DNA from: Phoronis australis
Lineage: Eukaryota; Animalia; Phoronida
NCBI GenBank assembly: GCA_002633005.1
Contig: NMRA01000070.1
Span: forward strand, 124,001 to 188,000
Length of the DNA: 64,000 nucleotides
Reading direction: 5' to 3'
Part shown: piece by piece, positions 11,870-54,196 of the stretch
Layout of the letters: each line of letters begins with the position of its first letter
Numbering within the stretch: position 1 is the first letter of the stretch
Position numbers and translations under genes: made by a program
The notes under the pieces: generated by a model
What the model was told of the DNA's origin: nothing
The model's input: the letters and a program-made list of their open reading frames with translations, nothing else
Databases searched by the model: none

Positions 11870-12860
11870 GTGTCTTTGTTGATGTTGATGTCTCGGTAAG
11901 ACATACTGCTCCACCCTTCTGCAAAATAACGAACTTCTCACGGTCCATGTTGGATAATTACTTTAGGTTATAGTCTACAATGGTTATTTCAGAGGTTGTT
12001 TTTGCAAAGTGAGTATGGTGTTCAGATTAATTCACGATCTAACAACCTGTTGATATATTGTGGGGGGTTATCACAATCTAGTGTTGAAACATGTTTCGAA
12101 CAAATTGTGTTTCTTTACTGGACTTGGTTAGGTTTTCCAGCTTTACCTGCATTTAGTACAGGTTTGTGTTACTAATGGTGTTATTTGAACTGCGTCATGA
12201 TTTTCTTTATAAGTCAAGGGTTAGGAATGGATTCATTTGAATAACTAATTAGCCTGCTGGTACTTCTGTTCGTTTCATATAATAATACCCTCCTCATATA
12301 ATAATACCCTCCTCATATAATAATACCCTCTGAGCATACATATCTGTTGTTTAGAGCTTGATAGAATGCAATGTCCGAGGTACAATCTTTATTAGGCTTA
12401 TAAGTTTTGGGTTCGACGGTGTCCATTGTACGCAGATATCTATGAAAAGTAAGTAGCTCCATGTTCACTCTTTTAACTTCCATTATTATATTTTCAAAAT
12501 GACTCGTGTTCTTGATCTTATCAAACACTCAGCCTGCTTAGATGTATTCTGTTTTGGGTAATGCAAACTTTGAAGACAGTTCCAAGAAGTGAGAAGCCAC
12601 AGACCATATGGTTAACACTGTTACACATCAATAAATCTAGATACTTAGATTTGGTGGTTTTCCAATTCCAAAAGTGTTACACAAGACATTTCAATTATCT
12701 TAAATTACATTATGGATTGTTCATAAAGTATGAGCAGCACTTTCAGTGTTAGAAAAGGATCCTATGCACATTACACAATCTATTCTCTTGTAACTAAGAT
12801 AAGACCAACAGTTAGGGTAGCTATTGTTAATCAATGTTGAATAACAGGCCACATGTTTTA
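11870..12860 (-). mobile_element. Possible heavily decayed LINE (L2/CR1-like) ORF2 C-terminal relic
   Basis: Minus-strand fragments GLLFNI..IN, VFDKIKNTSHFENIIMEVKR..FYQAL and PQYINR occur in the order expected for the RT C-terminal region. Many stops and frameshifts. Confidence 0.3.
12276..12330. repeat. 19-bp tandem repeat x3
   Basis: TCATATAATAATACCCTCC, three copies. Confidence 0.85.
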
Positions 12861-13454
12861 GTGCTGTACTGTAATACTGTCTAAAAGGTCATGTCTTGAA
12901 TCATTCACTATTGAAACCTGTTGGTCTGCACCACTGCCTAAAGTGTTAATGGGCTCTGGCAACAGCCATTGTCACTTGTGACTTTCCAGCTAAGCCAACT
13001 TGCAAGTCAAATTTCTATGGGCAAAGGAATAGTCTATTGTGAGGCCAGTGTTTAGTATGTGACTAACATCAAAATTTGTGAGGCTGTAGGAATCTATACT
13101 CTGTTATTATTATTAAGCCAATTCCATGAATAGGTCAACGTGGAGACAAAAAATTAAAATTTAGACTACACTTACTAACATTTTTGATCTCATCCGAAAG
13201 CCCATTCTCTCTAGTTTCAGGACCCATATTTGACTGCCCTATAACTTTTAATTTTTTGCCTAAATGGACCCATTTTTGGGGTCACTTGACCCAAAAAAAT
13301 AGCCTGATTTTCATGTGGGTTGCTAATTATTGTCATAAAAAAGCTAATTATGGGTACTTCACTATACTATCTAATTTGTGCAATCACAGGAATCCCAAAC
13401 TTTTTAAAAAATAACATTTCAACTTTGGCACATCATTGACCTCTTGGGGTCAAA

Positions 13455-15429
13455 CAGGGACTCATCTAGGATTTGAAAATTGGGGGTCCAAATTCGTGAG
13501 ACTGACGAGTCGTGCAAAGCGCAAATCTGAGGCGCGTAGCGCTGGGGGGGGGAGGTGGGGTTGGGGAAGTTGGGGGGGTGGGGGAATTCCCCCACCTGGT
13601 GGGGAAAATTGTTACATAAAAAGGTCATTTCCTTGCATTTTATTTAGCACACTGTTTGGATGTCTTTTTCTTGTTCAAAGGACGGCACATAGGGAAACTA
13701 AACAAAAATTAGGAGGTTTGTTCCATTCAGGATGTGTGTATTGTCACTAGGCTGCAAAAATCAAGATCTGTAAATCTTTTTAGTGAGATTATCTATGTAG
13801 AGTTGCATGATAGACAGCATGAGTACAGGACTCAATGTATCTTGAAGCTCTCAAAAGAGAAGAGTAAAATTAAGGCAGTTGAGAAACCACTTAAAATTGT
13901 GAGAAGACAATGAAGTTGCATTCGAAAAGACATAAAAAAAATATTCTAGAGTACATGTCTACGTTTCGTTACATGGCACAGTAATGCAATTCACGAATCT
14001 ACAAAAACAAGACCATATCCTCAACAAATTCACAAATCAGTATCACCAGTGCTCAACACGGTCGATAATCTCCGCTGGAAAATAGGAGTGACGGCGTATG
14101 TGCACTCGCGCGTGTATACCCGGACTTGGCTTCGTAAAGGATCGTGAACAAAAAAAAACGTCGAAACTCCGTGTTTGAATTTGGCATTCGTATTTTTACG
14201 TTTCTTAAACGTTTTTCCGAGCGCTTTACTCGTAAATTTCACGTCGTTTGGCTACGAGCGTAGCCAGTGGTCGCCGGGGACATCGTAGTTGTTACGTCTT
14301 CTGCAGTGCATTTTAAGCGGACGCTTTGTTGAATTGAAACTTACCAGGTTAAAAGTCAATCACTGTCTTTCATAGTACGCTACAAGAAATTTATACTTAA
14401 AAAGAACCATTCTTTTCTCGCAGTTTAAGAGTCAAATCCCCGGCCAGGTTCACAGCCGAAGTAACAGGTGCTGTGCACGTGACTGGCTGACCTACTTTTT
14501 TCCATATACGGCACGCAGTGCCACACACTGAGGATAAACTCGAATCGCCCAATAATCATGGAATTCCACAATAAGTTGAAGTATTTTGAGGCATTTATTT
14601 TCATTCTAAGTTATTCATTGAATACGTAACCAACATTACACACCACATTTTTTCTCTTAAAGTTTGCTCTGCATTCTCGCGCATCAATATAAGTCGTTCG
14701 GCCGTGCGGATTTTTTTGATATTTTTTCATTCATTCGTTCGAGTTGCAAGGGTGCTATGCGAACAAATTAAGGAAGTTTGCGCTAAGTTTTATCTGGTTT
14801 GCATGTTCAACGACATTGATGGCATTTGTACGGCAGGTCAGTGCTAGAATTTTGTCGGGCTATCATTTTTTTTTCGAAGTGTACGTTCTCCGTCGGCTAT
14901 TTCAAATTGGCTGCTCCGTCGAATATATCGAGTGCCGCTTCAACTTCCGCGTCGGCAACTAGCATTAGGGGTACGGCAAATCCTTTGAACTTCGGGTGTG
15001 GGTTCTTCAATTTCAAAGATTAAGTGTCCATGTACGGGTAGTTAGCGCTGGATGCAATATTTCTCGACACTAGTCGTGCGGGGGATTCCGTATGAAGCCA
15101 CCTTGACGTCACAGAATAGGAAGGTATTCCCCAAAGATGGCTGCCAGTATTTGCCGATCGTCATTGTGACATTTATAGTAAAAATAGACGGCAAAAGTTT
15201 ATAATGTCGAGTTATTTCTTAATATTTAGCGAACTTAAACAATGAATTGTAGGTTTCAATGAAATTTATTAATAATAAATGTTAAAATTCTTCGTTTAGC
15301 CTTCATTTTCGCCGAGGTTGTTTTGGAACAGGCCGTCTTTTTTCCGTCTTGGCCGTGCCGTCCAAAGCCGTCATTTTTTTAAAAGGGCCGTCCCAAGGAC
15401 GGCCAGGACGGCCGCTAGATGAGTCCCTG
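13455..15429. mobile_element. Young non-autonomous hAT element (~1.98 kb)
   Basis: Perfect 15-bp TIR CAGGGACTCATCTAG / CTAGATGAGTCCCTG and perfect 8-bp TSD GGGTCAAA (13447..13454 and 15430..15437). Subterminal GGCCGTC/GACGGCC repeats. No transposase ORF. Confidence 0.93.
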
Positions 15430-18400
15430 GGGTCAAAGGTCAACTCCTGGATATCATGGTGCTGTATGTCCATCACAAAAAAGTGTTAAAAAGTTTAGTT
15501 ACTCTAAAAGTTTTCAATCAAAATTAAAATAATTTCAGATTCTCTTTTAACTTGTTACTCAGTACTATTAACCAAAATTTTAGATCCCAGGGATAATTCG
15601 TTAAGTCAGAAATTGCGTGATAGATGTACAGCAAATTTGTACGTCTGTCACGTACGTCTGTCACACCCTTGAAATAACAATTTTTCAGCAATTTAAAGTA
15701 ACCTTAGGTCATATTTTTACTTTCTAAACTTGCAGAAGTTAAAATGTATCACACACCTAAGAAATTTACAATACAATATTACAAAGACAGCTTTAAAATT
15801 ATGTGAATAAGTTGCTACAGATTTAAACTGAATGCATTGGATTTTATCAATTTCAAAAGTATTTGCAGAAAAGTTATAGTTTGCAATGTCATCTAGTTAA
15901 TCTTAGTAGAATTCAACTCATTAAAATCAGACAGTTGGCCCACATTATAAAATGTAAATAAAACAAAATGCTGATTTAATGAAGTTGTTTGTCTGTTAAA
16001 GAAATGCTTAGCTTTTGGGAAATTCAAGATGCAAAAATATTCATACAAAAGAATTCCTAAGGTGCTCTAGAATATAAATAACAAGAGACCTAAAGAAATA
16101 CATGTCAATTTGCTATTGCCCAGGAATCAATGTTATTTCTGCTCTGACCTGCTATGTTGTTTTGTGTTGAAAAAGTCGATACTGGGCATTTTTAAGTGGT
16201 AGGAACCTGTCACCTACTTTATTGGGCATTTTTGTCACAGCCTCACCGATTGTATTCACCCTTTTGTGTTTTTAGCGTATTGCGTCATTGGGTGGCTTGT
16301 ATGAAATGATTCATAGCAAATTATCACATTGTCTCATTTTACGTATTTTTGATCCCTCAATCTTTTTAAGAATTAGACTTTTTTTCTGCTGAGCTTCCAG
16401 GAGATTAAATCGGCGTTTAGAAAAAAAGAGGAAATTGTTGGAGACCACCGAAAGAACAGATGCAACTGGGAGAAGAATAAATATCTGTCTGAATGCCATT
16501 GTGGATCAAGAAATTCATAATTGTACTTGTGTGTACTGTGATGTGACATTATTTAAAGCAGCCTCTCCTTAAATTTGAAAAGAAGGCATGAGTTAAAGAG
16601 CTGGATGAAAACCTAATCATGCCAATCACTAAATAGAAAACAACGTCTGATAAGTTAGTTCTACATATTCTTAAATCATGATCCTAAATGTCTTGCTTTC
16701 ATAGACAGCACAGGTGATTTGAATATGAATGCCAAAAGTGGATGTTGTCTACTAAAGCATGCTTCACACTTTGTTTTAAGAAGATACTGAAATTGTTAGT
16801 AATACTTTTAAAAAAACCCATGATTATTATTTACATGGCATGCATCAGAACCATCAACGGCATGGTCCAGGGAATAATTTTATGCAAGCTTAGGGCGAGT
16901 TCTAATGTAAAAAACAATTAAAATGCGTTTTTAACAGTGGTTAGTAATGTTTTAAAGTTTTATTTCAGATTTTATATTTTGACAGTCACATTTACTTATT
17001 CGTTTTGAATTATTATTCTATTTAACACATAAAAACAGGTTTTCCTGATAACTAATAGCTGTCAAATACAAAATGATTATCACTCTCATTTCCACCTGTA
17101 TGGATTACCATCTTCATAGGGAAGTGAGATTTTAGGGGTTGTTTTATATTTTTAATCAAATGTATTGAAAAGTTAAAATCCTGGAGTATATTCCTAGCAT
17201 AGACCTACCTGTGATGATTTGGTATGAAAGGTCAATCGGTACATTTTAATTAAAAAACAATGAATTAGTAGCAAAAGACCAATATAGCTTAAATACTGCA
17301 AAAGTTTGAATCATACGCCCATCACGTACGTCCGTCACACTAACTCAACTTCTATCGAGCTGTCTGACAAAAATTTCTTGAAAGATATCATCAAAAAATT
17401 AGTGTTTTTTACTTTGTAAACATTCCGCTATATCATTGTGTAAAACAAAAAAATTGTATGTTAATGCAACTCAGAAAATTCACGTTAAAAAACCTCCCAA
17501 TGAATTTGCACAGTATTTGAAAAGTATTGCCTGTTAGTACCCTTGATATAGAACCTAAACATGACAAAGCATTGTTTTGCCGCTATACATTTTTGCGAAG
17601 AAAAATAGAAAATACGTTCATTTGTCCAACTGATCATGACCTAAATTGGAGCAATGTTGCTGTGTGTATGCTTGAATATATGGTTCGTCAACTGCGCACT
17701 ACTTTAGTCTTGCAACATTTTCATTTTGTGTGCCCATTTCTAAAATGTTCCTTTTTGATGTTACGTAAAATGATATTATACATGCCAGCAGGCCTTACAA
17801 ACAGAACTGCAATGTGATTCCTAATTAAGGCTTCATGTCCTTAAAATTGAAATAGAATGACACAGTGTCGATGCTTGGCAAATTGATGTGGAATTCGGGC
17901 GATATTTATACAATATCTATGTAGTTGATGAAAAGTACAACCAGTGAGAATTTGGATACTTAAAAGACTAAGTTTGATTCACTTCATAGGGGATAGGATC
18001 TAACCTTTTAGCTGACAGCCTTTCTTTTAATTAATTTATACATAAAAAAGCTCACTTCAGTCACTTGTTTTTGTTTCAATGCGATGCCACACTTAAATAA
18101 GATTTCTCTACTCAGTTTCCCCTGGGAATTTCTATGAGACAGTGCTCTTTCACGTTTCTTACCGCAAAAAAAAAACGGGACACATCCACCACAAAAACCT
18201 TGGGACAAAGTTAACGATGCGGATACTTTTTAAATCAATATTTTACCCAACAAATTTAGATACAGTACGAAGATTGGAATGCTGCCCTATGTTTCCCTAA
18301 TCTTGGAAACATCTTTTCCATTTTAGTGTGGAAGCAACCATGACATGATAGTGTTTGTTAATAAAACTGTCACTGAAAACTTTTATCTTTGTGTGTGTGG

Positions 18401-20567
18401 CACAAGTGCCATGTGTTTAGTGGGAGACATCACTCCCAATTCTCAGTTGTGGGTGAAATGTCACGCATTCCTATTAAGTTTGTTTATTCTCAGTTTCCCT
18501 GTCTAGTTTCATAAGAGGGACAAGAGCCCCATTATGTGTTAATAAATTATATGCATTCCCTGTCACCAGTTTCCTCACCAGCCTGAATCAGCTCTGGTGT
18601 CAAAGCTTGTCCAATGTAATAAATTGACTTAGGGCAGAGACAACAGTTATAGTACAAGCCCATGCTGTGTCTTTGATGTGTTATTTGAAGAGTGTCTGGC
18701 TACAAAAGTGCACCCCCTGTCATGTTCCCCATCACTTACCTAAACACGACTTAAAGCTGTGGGCCTTAAATTTGGAGAAACCCCCCCCCCCCCCCCCNCC
18801 CCCCCCCCCCCCCCCGGAGACCGGGAGTGTGGGTGGGCAATTACCCAAGCAGTGGCTGCTTATGTCCAAATTTTAGCCAGACTGGAAAAGCGCATGGGGT
18901 GTTCATTCAGCACGGAACTTGTGAGTTTGGTCAATCAGTGGAACATGACAACGACAAAGTTTCTCACGGCTCATACAGAAACAGAATTACGACTTTGATA
19001 GTGCGATTTCGCAAGAGCATTGTTAAAAACTCAGATGTTTTTAAATATATTAGCGCGCTGCAAAATGGCACAGCACGGAGCTTTATGAAACTCGAATGGC
19101 AGTCCACTTACTGTATCAGCAAGTACTGATTCAGATCAGTGAAAGTGACTGCATTTGGTTTCCTCGATTAAAACACAGAGGATTTGTTCCAGGGGATAAA
19201 ACTGAACTGAGTTGAGCTGTCTCAAACATGCAAATATGAACTCATGCTCATCATTTGTTGTGTCAGATATGCAAATGAGTTGTTCAAGGCTTGATACTGA
19301 CAGGTTTTCCTGTCAAGAAGTAAAAACCACAGACAACACCGAGAAAAACGACTTTGTGAACTGTTTTTAAAATCAAAACATGTCATGTGATATACCTCGT
19401 CAGCTCGCTAGATGTTGCGAGTGTAGAAATTTATTGAGCGACTGAGACGCGTTTGCTTCATGGCCCTACCCAAACTGCAATTGCAAGGAGGGTCCGTGAT
19501 TGATTGCTCAGTTCCAATCTTGACCCAGGATATCTTGCAAAATCATGTGCTTTCTGTGTGCAATTGCCACCAGAGGGTGGTGTGAGGAATTGCTGAATTC
19601 AAATCTGGGTCGGCTCAGGAGATGTAGCAAAGTCACATGATACATGTGGTGAACTTGTACGCCCCAATAACTTCACGGTCCGATCAAGATCATTCCTGAA
19701 CAATGACTAATATCTCAGTAGACAAGCGGCAGTTCTGTATGAATCTACAGACTTGGATTGTATTAATTCAACAAAAGACTAGTTAATAAGTTTAAGAAAA
19801 GGTAGTTGAAACGCTTTAGTTGTTCTACAAATGCCGACTAAAAACGTGATTTTCAAGACTATCACACGTAAGCACTCCCGCAAACATTGAAGTCCGAGCC
19901 CGAAGCAAAGCTGCGAACAAAAGCACAAGTTTAAGCTCAAGCAGTGTTCTCCACATCTGACAATCTAAGCAGGTCGCACGCGTAAAAACTACAACGTGCC
20001 GGAACCGCACGGCAGTCAACGTTCTCCATAAGCTAGTGTGCACCTTATTTTTACCCACGCATTTTAATAGTAATGCACAGTAGTGCTAACGAATAACTGT
20101 GTTTATTCAACTTTTTATTTTTAAAAGTTGGAATTAATTACAAACATATCACATATGTCATAACCCATTTGTTTAGTCAATGACTTTGAAATGGAAATCT
20201 GCTCATGTGTTTGAAATAGTATGGGGAAATGTTTTAGGCTACTCAATAATGGTGATGTCAATCAATGTCAACTAAGCACAAAAAGTCTAACACGGAAGTA
20301 AACTTTTTTCATGAAGTAGACAGTCCAAGTGAAGTGTCTTTGTAAAGACTCTCACATTTTTATGTCTTGATAGCTGAGTCTATGTTTTCCCTCAGCCTGT
20401 AAGTGTAATGTCTTGCACAGCATTCTTTGAGCCTGAATTCGATATGTGAAGCGGTACAACATTAAACTTCTGTACTACCAGAACTCTTGTAAAAACAGCA
20501 CAAAATTCGAGTCCTCCATTATGAATGCAAATTAGCCTAGCCCTTGGTAGAGTAAACAAACCAATTG

Positions 20568-21063
20568 CAGGGCTTGGAATTTTCCGTGGAAACGCGGATT
20601 TCCGCTTTTTTCAAATGTTCTGTCCGCGCATTTTATTATATTTCCTCATAAAAAATCGGGGATTTGATATAAAATTTCAGCGGCAAATTCCTTTCTTACC
20701 GCGGCGTTGCAGACGACGTTCACCTCGAAAAGCGGAAGTTGCTCTTTATGTTTCGGAGGAACGTAAATTGTCAACATTGCCGGGGCATCTGGGATAGCGT
20801 GGTGGGATTTTCAATGGTGCCTCGTGTTATTGTAAACCGCGGCGACAAATACTACGGCTCTGCAGCCAAAAATGTATGGGTTGGGAGTGGACGGACAATC
20901 TAAAAGGACGCATGCTAGTGATGGTGGTAACGTTTTTTTTTTTTAGTCCTCCCGATTTTTTGTTGGGGAAAGGTTCACATCGACCATTTCAGGGCTGGGT
21001 AGCGCTTATGATTTGGGCCGTAAAAGTTTCCGCGTTTTTTGTCATTGGTCATTCCAAGCCCTG
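20568..21063. mobile_element. MITE with hAT-like CAGGG ends
   Basis: TIR CAGGGCTTGGAAT / ATTCCAAGCCCTG, flanked on both sides by the palindrome CAATTG. Confidence 0.8.
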
Positions 21064-21489
21064 CAATTGTCAATTCACATGCAGGCCGTTTTCCATCTGC
21101 TTGGACGGGAGTTGATGATGGCAACCAATATTTCTAAAGTGATATCTACTGGATTATCAAACGCTTGCAACTATGAATTCCCACAATTTTCAGGATTGTC
21201 ACAAACTCATTCTTCCAGATGAAAATCATCTATTCTCAAGTTAGAGCGAATTGTATTCATTTGTATTGCCTTGCCGTTGTCTGACATTGTCAGCAAAATT
21301 TCGGTTCACCGTGACATGGATATTTGTGATTCGTTGACTGAGCCCGGCAATATCCCCACCATCGACCCTGGATTATCTGTCGTATCTGCATCTGAGTCAA
21401 CGTCAGTATCTGAAACATTTCTGGGTTTTTAAAATAATTCTTAGGCTTAGCGTTCCTTCGCCTTCCCGCAGCAAACGACATTTCTAAGT

Positions 21490-21800
21490 ATGTAAAATGC
21501 GCATGTCAATCAGTAACGGAAGCCAGGGTAGAATTCACTAACATAAGGACCACGCTAAGTTAACAAGACTCTGCGAGATTACGCGAGATATTACCGTGTG
21601 ATTTCAATGAGATCACGTGATTTTGACTACAATTTCTCAGCGCGAGACATATATTTTGAACTCACTGACGTCACCCGCTGTCCCAACTCTCGGAATACTC
21701 CCCGGAAACCGCAAACGTCACGCGTGGCCTCTGCGAAGTTGCGTTTGTGAATCGCTTGGCAGATTTTTAGAGGGAGTATGCGCCATATAATGTTCGTGCT
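21490..21800 (+). promoter_or_regulatory. Putative Piwi promoter (CpG-rich motif cluster)
   Basis: TGCGCATG (NRF1-like, 21498), TAACGGAAG (MYB/ETS-like, 21514), GCGAGA repeats, TCACGTGA E-box (21613), GACTACAATTTCTCAG (ZNF143-like, 21625) and TGACGTCA CRE (21666). The Piwi ATG exon has an upstream acceptor, so a non-coding first exon is expected upstream. Confidence 0.5.
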
Positions 21801-23560
21801 GTCAACGAAACTCCTTATAAGGCAACGAGATGAACTCGGTCAATCTCAATGGGCCGGTGGCACCAAAAGTAACCAGTATTCATCCAAGTGAGAAATACAA
21901 AAAAAACAACCAATGAGAACCATCAAAATCAGTTTCATGCAAATATTTGTTGAGACTGGTAGGCCTATCGGTAAAGTCTGTGTCGTGGGACCCACGGAAT
22001 ATTGAAAAAATGTGTTACCAAAAACAAAATTATGGCTTCCCATAAGACGGCCGTTGTATAAACTGCTGCGCATTGGTGTCTTTAGTGACAAATGTACCTC
22101 ACAGAACTAACCACCAAGTCTTAATTATTATCAATGGGTAATATGATCGTTTTTTTTCTTTGAAAGTCAATTGCGCTTCAAGGTTTGATTATGTGTCACA
22201 ACATAATTCATATTTTTTCTAAATTTTTCGTATAAATCGTTCTTTTAATACATGCGTTTTAACTTTTTGCTTTCTTAATTCAAGTTATCAAGGCCCAAAA
22301 TGTAAAGTCTCTTAATTAGAGTAATCGGCCATGTTGGATTGTGAAGCTTCCAGCCTCCAATCCTTTTTCCATGCAACTTTTTATTTTTTCAAATCATGCT
22401 TGTCGAATTCTAATGTAAGGAAATACCTGGTCGCCATGGTAATAGTTAGGCATATCCACTTTCATATCATGTAAATTTGTCGTGTTGTTGGATAATGTTT
22501 GTATTGCTTAAATGTTCTAAAGTACTGTGCATTCTAAGTTACTTATTTTGGTAAAAGATTAGATCATTTTGACTTACATATCAACTTTACTGAGATTATT
22601 TCAGTTTTGACTTATGTACAGTAGGTGTAACCTTCAACTACCTCGAAAGTCTTTCACTGTAGAAACCAAATATATAATTCCGACTGAAAGCTGTAGCTTA
22701 AGTCATAATTGTCCTCTGATTTGTTCTTTGATTGCTATGACTCAGTGACCAAAGCATGGTAGAATTAGTTTGCCATAATGAACAGCTGAAATAATATGTT
22801 CACTGGCTTCTTCAGGTAATATTTCTTGATGCCTTGGGTTTATTACTTGTTATTATTTCAATAGATTAACACATGAATTTAAAAACCAAGTTCAGGAGAC
22901 TTCCATTTCTAGTGTTCTTGTAATTCTGTCATTGAGATTGCCACCTCCAATCAAATTTCAATTACATATGTGGTTAAATTAAAAGGTGCCGTCCTACTCA
23001 CTGCTTAAACACTGGTCTTTACATCTCGTTGACAAAAAACAATTTAGTTATGCCAACAAATGGAGTTGAAAGGAATTGTCATATGAAGCAAGCTAAATTT
23101 TGGGGGCCATTGCAATACATAGCTGTCTAACTGATCTGACATCACAGATGGTTATGTAACCACATATGCCTGTTCTCAGAGGACTCTGCCTGAAGTCATA
23201 TAAGGTCATTACTGCTGGGCTTTTCTAATTAACCAAGCTGTGCAGACAAGAACTGCCCTGTGCAACAGATTCACACAGTGCTATTATTTGTGTTGAAAAG
23301 CAGTTGTTATGTTGTGAAACTATGTCTTTAAGAACTGATTTGTGAGGTCTAATGCATGGCTTGGGATTACTGGACAGTAGATAATTTATAAATTATGTCA
23401 AAACATTCTACAAAAATTTCCAGTTTGTACACACAGGGGTACTCTGTGTTCTGTCGATGCTCACCAGTTACAAACTAGTGATTCAGATGATTTGGAAAGG
23501 AACTTAGTGTGATGCAGTCTTACATATATTTGTTATTGGCTCCAGGACAGCAAGTGGATT

Positions 23561-52726
<29,166 letters not shown>

Positions 52727-53183
52727 AGGTCAAAGTTCAGCTCATGGGTTTCAGTCTATGTTTATGCTATGAATCAAAAACAAATATGAACTGTCAGCTG
52801 TCGTGGCTTTTTGTGCTATGGTCTACCCCTGGTTTCTTAAAAATTTGACAGTAACATCAAACATTGTAGTGAGATGTTGACCTTTTTAACCTACCATATC
52901 TTATGTGAAGATCATAGTTCAACCATTTGTTGTTCATGATGTAAGGGAGGTATTAATTTTTTAATGAATGAACTTTCCCGGCACATACATGTATTTTAGA
53001 GAATCTATTAACATGCGTAGCCAGTTTTAGATAAAGGTAGCCTTATTGGAGTGGAAAAAAAGATTTACTTTGGGAACTGGTTATTGGATTGTAAACCACC
53101 GAAAACAGTTGTACACTAGTCATGGTAGTTGTAATCTTACTGGTTTTAGTAGTTGTAGTAGTTCTAGTAGTTGCGGTGCAGTG

Positions 53184-53383
53184 AAGGGCTTGGAATTTTC
53201 CTCCTTTAAGAGGATTTCCTTGTCCTTGTCTCTTTTTACCATTATTTTGACTTAATTCATGCAAAACCATTTATTTGAGATAAATTTTATAACACAAAAA
53301 ATCTGTCTCACAAGTCTCTTTGTGTATCAATACATCACGTGAAAAAATTTCCTGGTTTTTGTCATGGATCATTTCAATCCTTG
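53184..53383. mobile_element. Degenerate MITE inside the putative Piwi 3'UTR
   Basis: AAGGGCTTGGAATTTTCCTCCTTTAAGAGGATTTCC ... GATCATTTCAATCCTTG; collinear with 41004..41267. Confidence 0.6.
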
Positions 53384-53994
53384 ATGTTGTTTGGGATTGA
53401 GGTCTGTTGTAGTACAGCTTTCCATCATATTTGTAAATTACTGACTTGAGAGGTCACACAGGCCGGCCTCCCGTTCAGTAACGCTATGACCTCGCTAAAA
53501 GGCAAGACTTCGCGAGATTACGTGAGATACTGCCGTGAATTTCAAATGAGAGCATGTGACTTTGACAAGGTTTTAGCTAGGTCCTAGCGTAGGTCCTAGC
53601 ATCTACTGAACGCACGCCAGGTCTAGTGTTGGCCAAGAAGGTCAATTTGGGAGTTTGACCTTGCTGCTGGTTTTGCTTCTTTATTACCATATGGCGAGTT
53701 TATTTTAAAACTTGAATGTTGTAGCATGAGATTTATATTATTGGTAGCCATCAACCTATTTTTGTAATGTATATATTATAGTCGCATATACTATGTAGGT
53801 GAAGTGTACAGCTGTTGAAATGAAGTATAAAGACTTCATCATCAAAATCTACACCTTCAAGTACAAGATGTTTGTACACATCATTTTTAAAAATAATAGC
53901 TAGTTTTAAAGTAGAATTGGTCTTAGTTATGAAACTTGACCAATGCATTTTATTATCAAACGTGATTGACTGCAACCTCAAGTCTGAAAAAATG

Positions 53995-54000
53995 AATAAA
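53995..54000 (+). terminator. Candidate Piwi polyadenylation signal
   Basis: This is the first canonical AATAAA I noticed after the stop codon, followed by a T-rich stretch. It implies a ~1.3-kb 3'UTR. Confidence 0.5.
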
Positions 54001-54196
54001 AGTGAAAAAAAAATCGTTTTTATTTGCAACATGACCACTTGAACATGGTTTATAAATTCTTTCAGATACACAAGTTTCTTTAAACTCTGGTATCCACCTC
54101 AAAGGGGCAAAATCCTAGCACTCGACTGTGCCAAAAGTGACATAGGGTTCAGTGCAGTAATTTTATTTTTAAAACGATTATTGTGATGTACCCTAG

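Noticed and set aside
13455-15429. Autonomous hAT transposase
   Set aside because: No long ORF and no BED-finger or dimerisation motif is recognisable inside the TIRs.
18781-18815. Poly-proline ORFs
   Set aside because: A poly-C tract containing an N; low-complexity or assembly feature.
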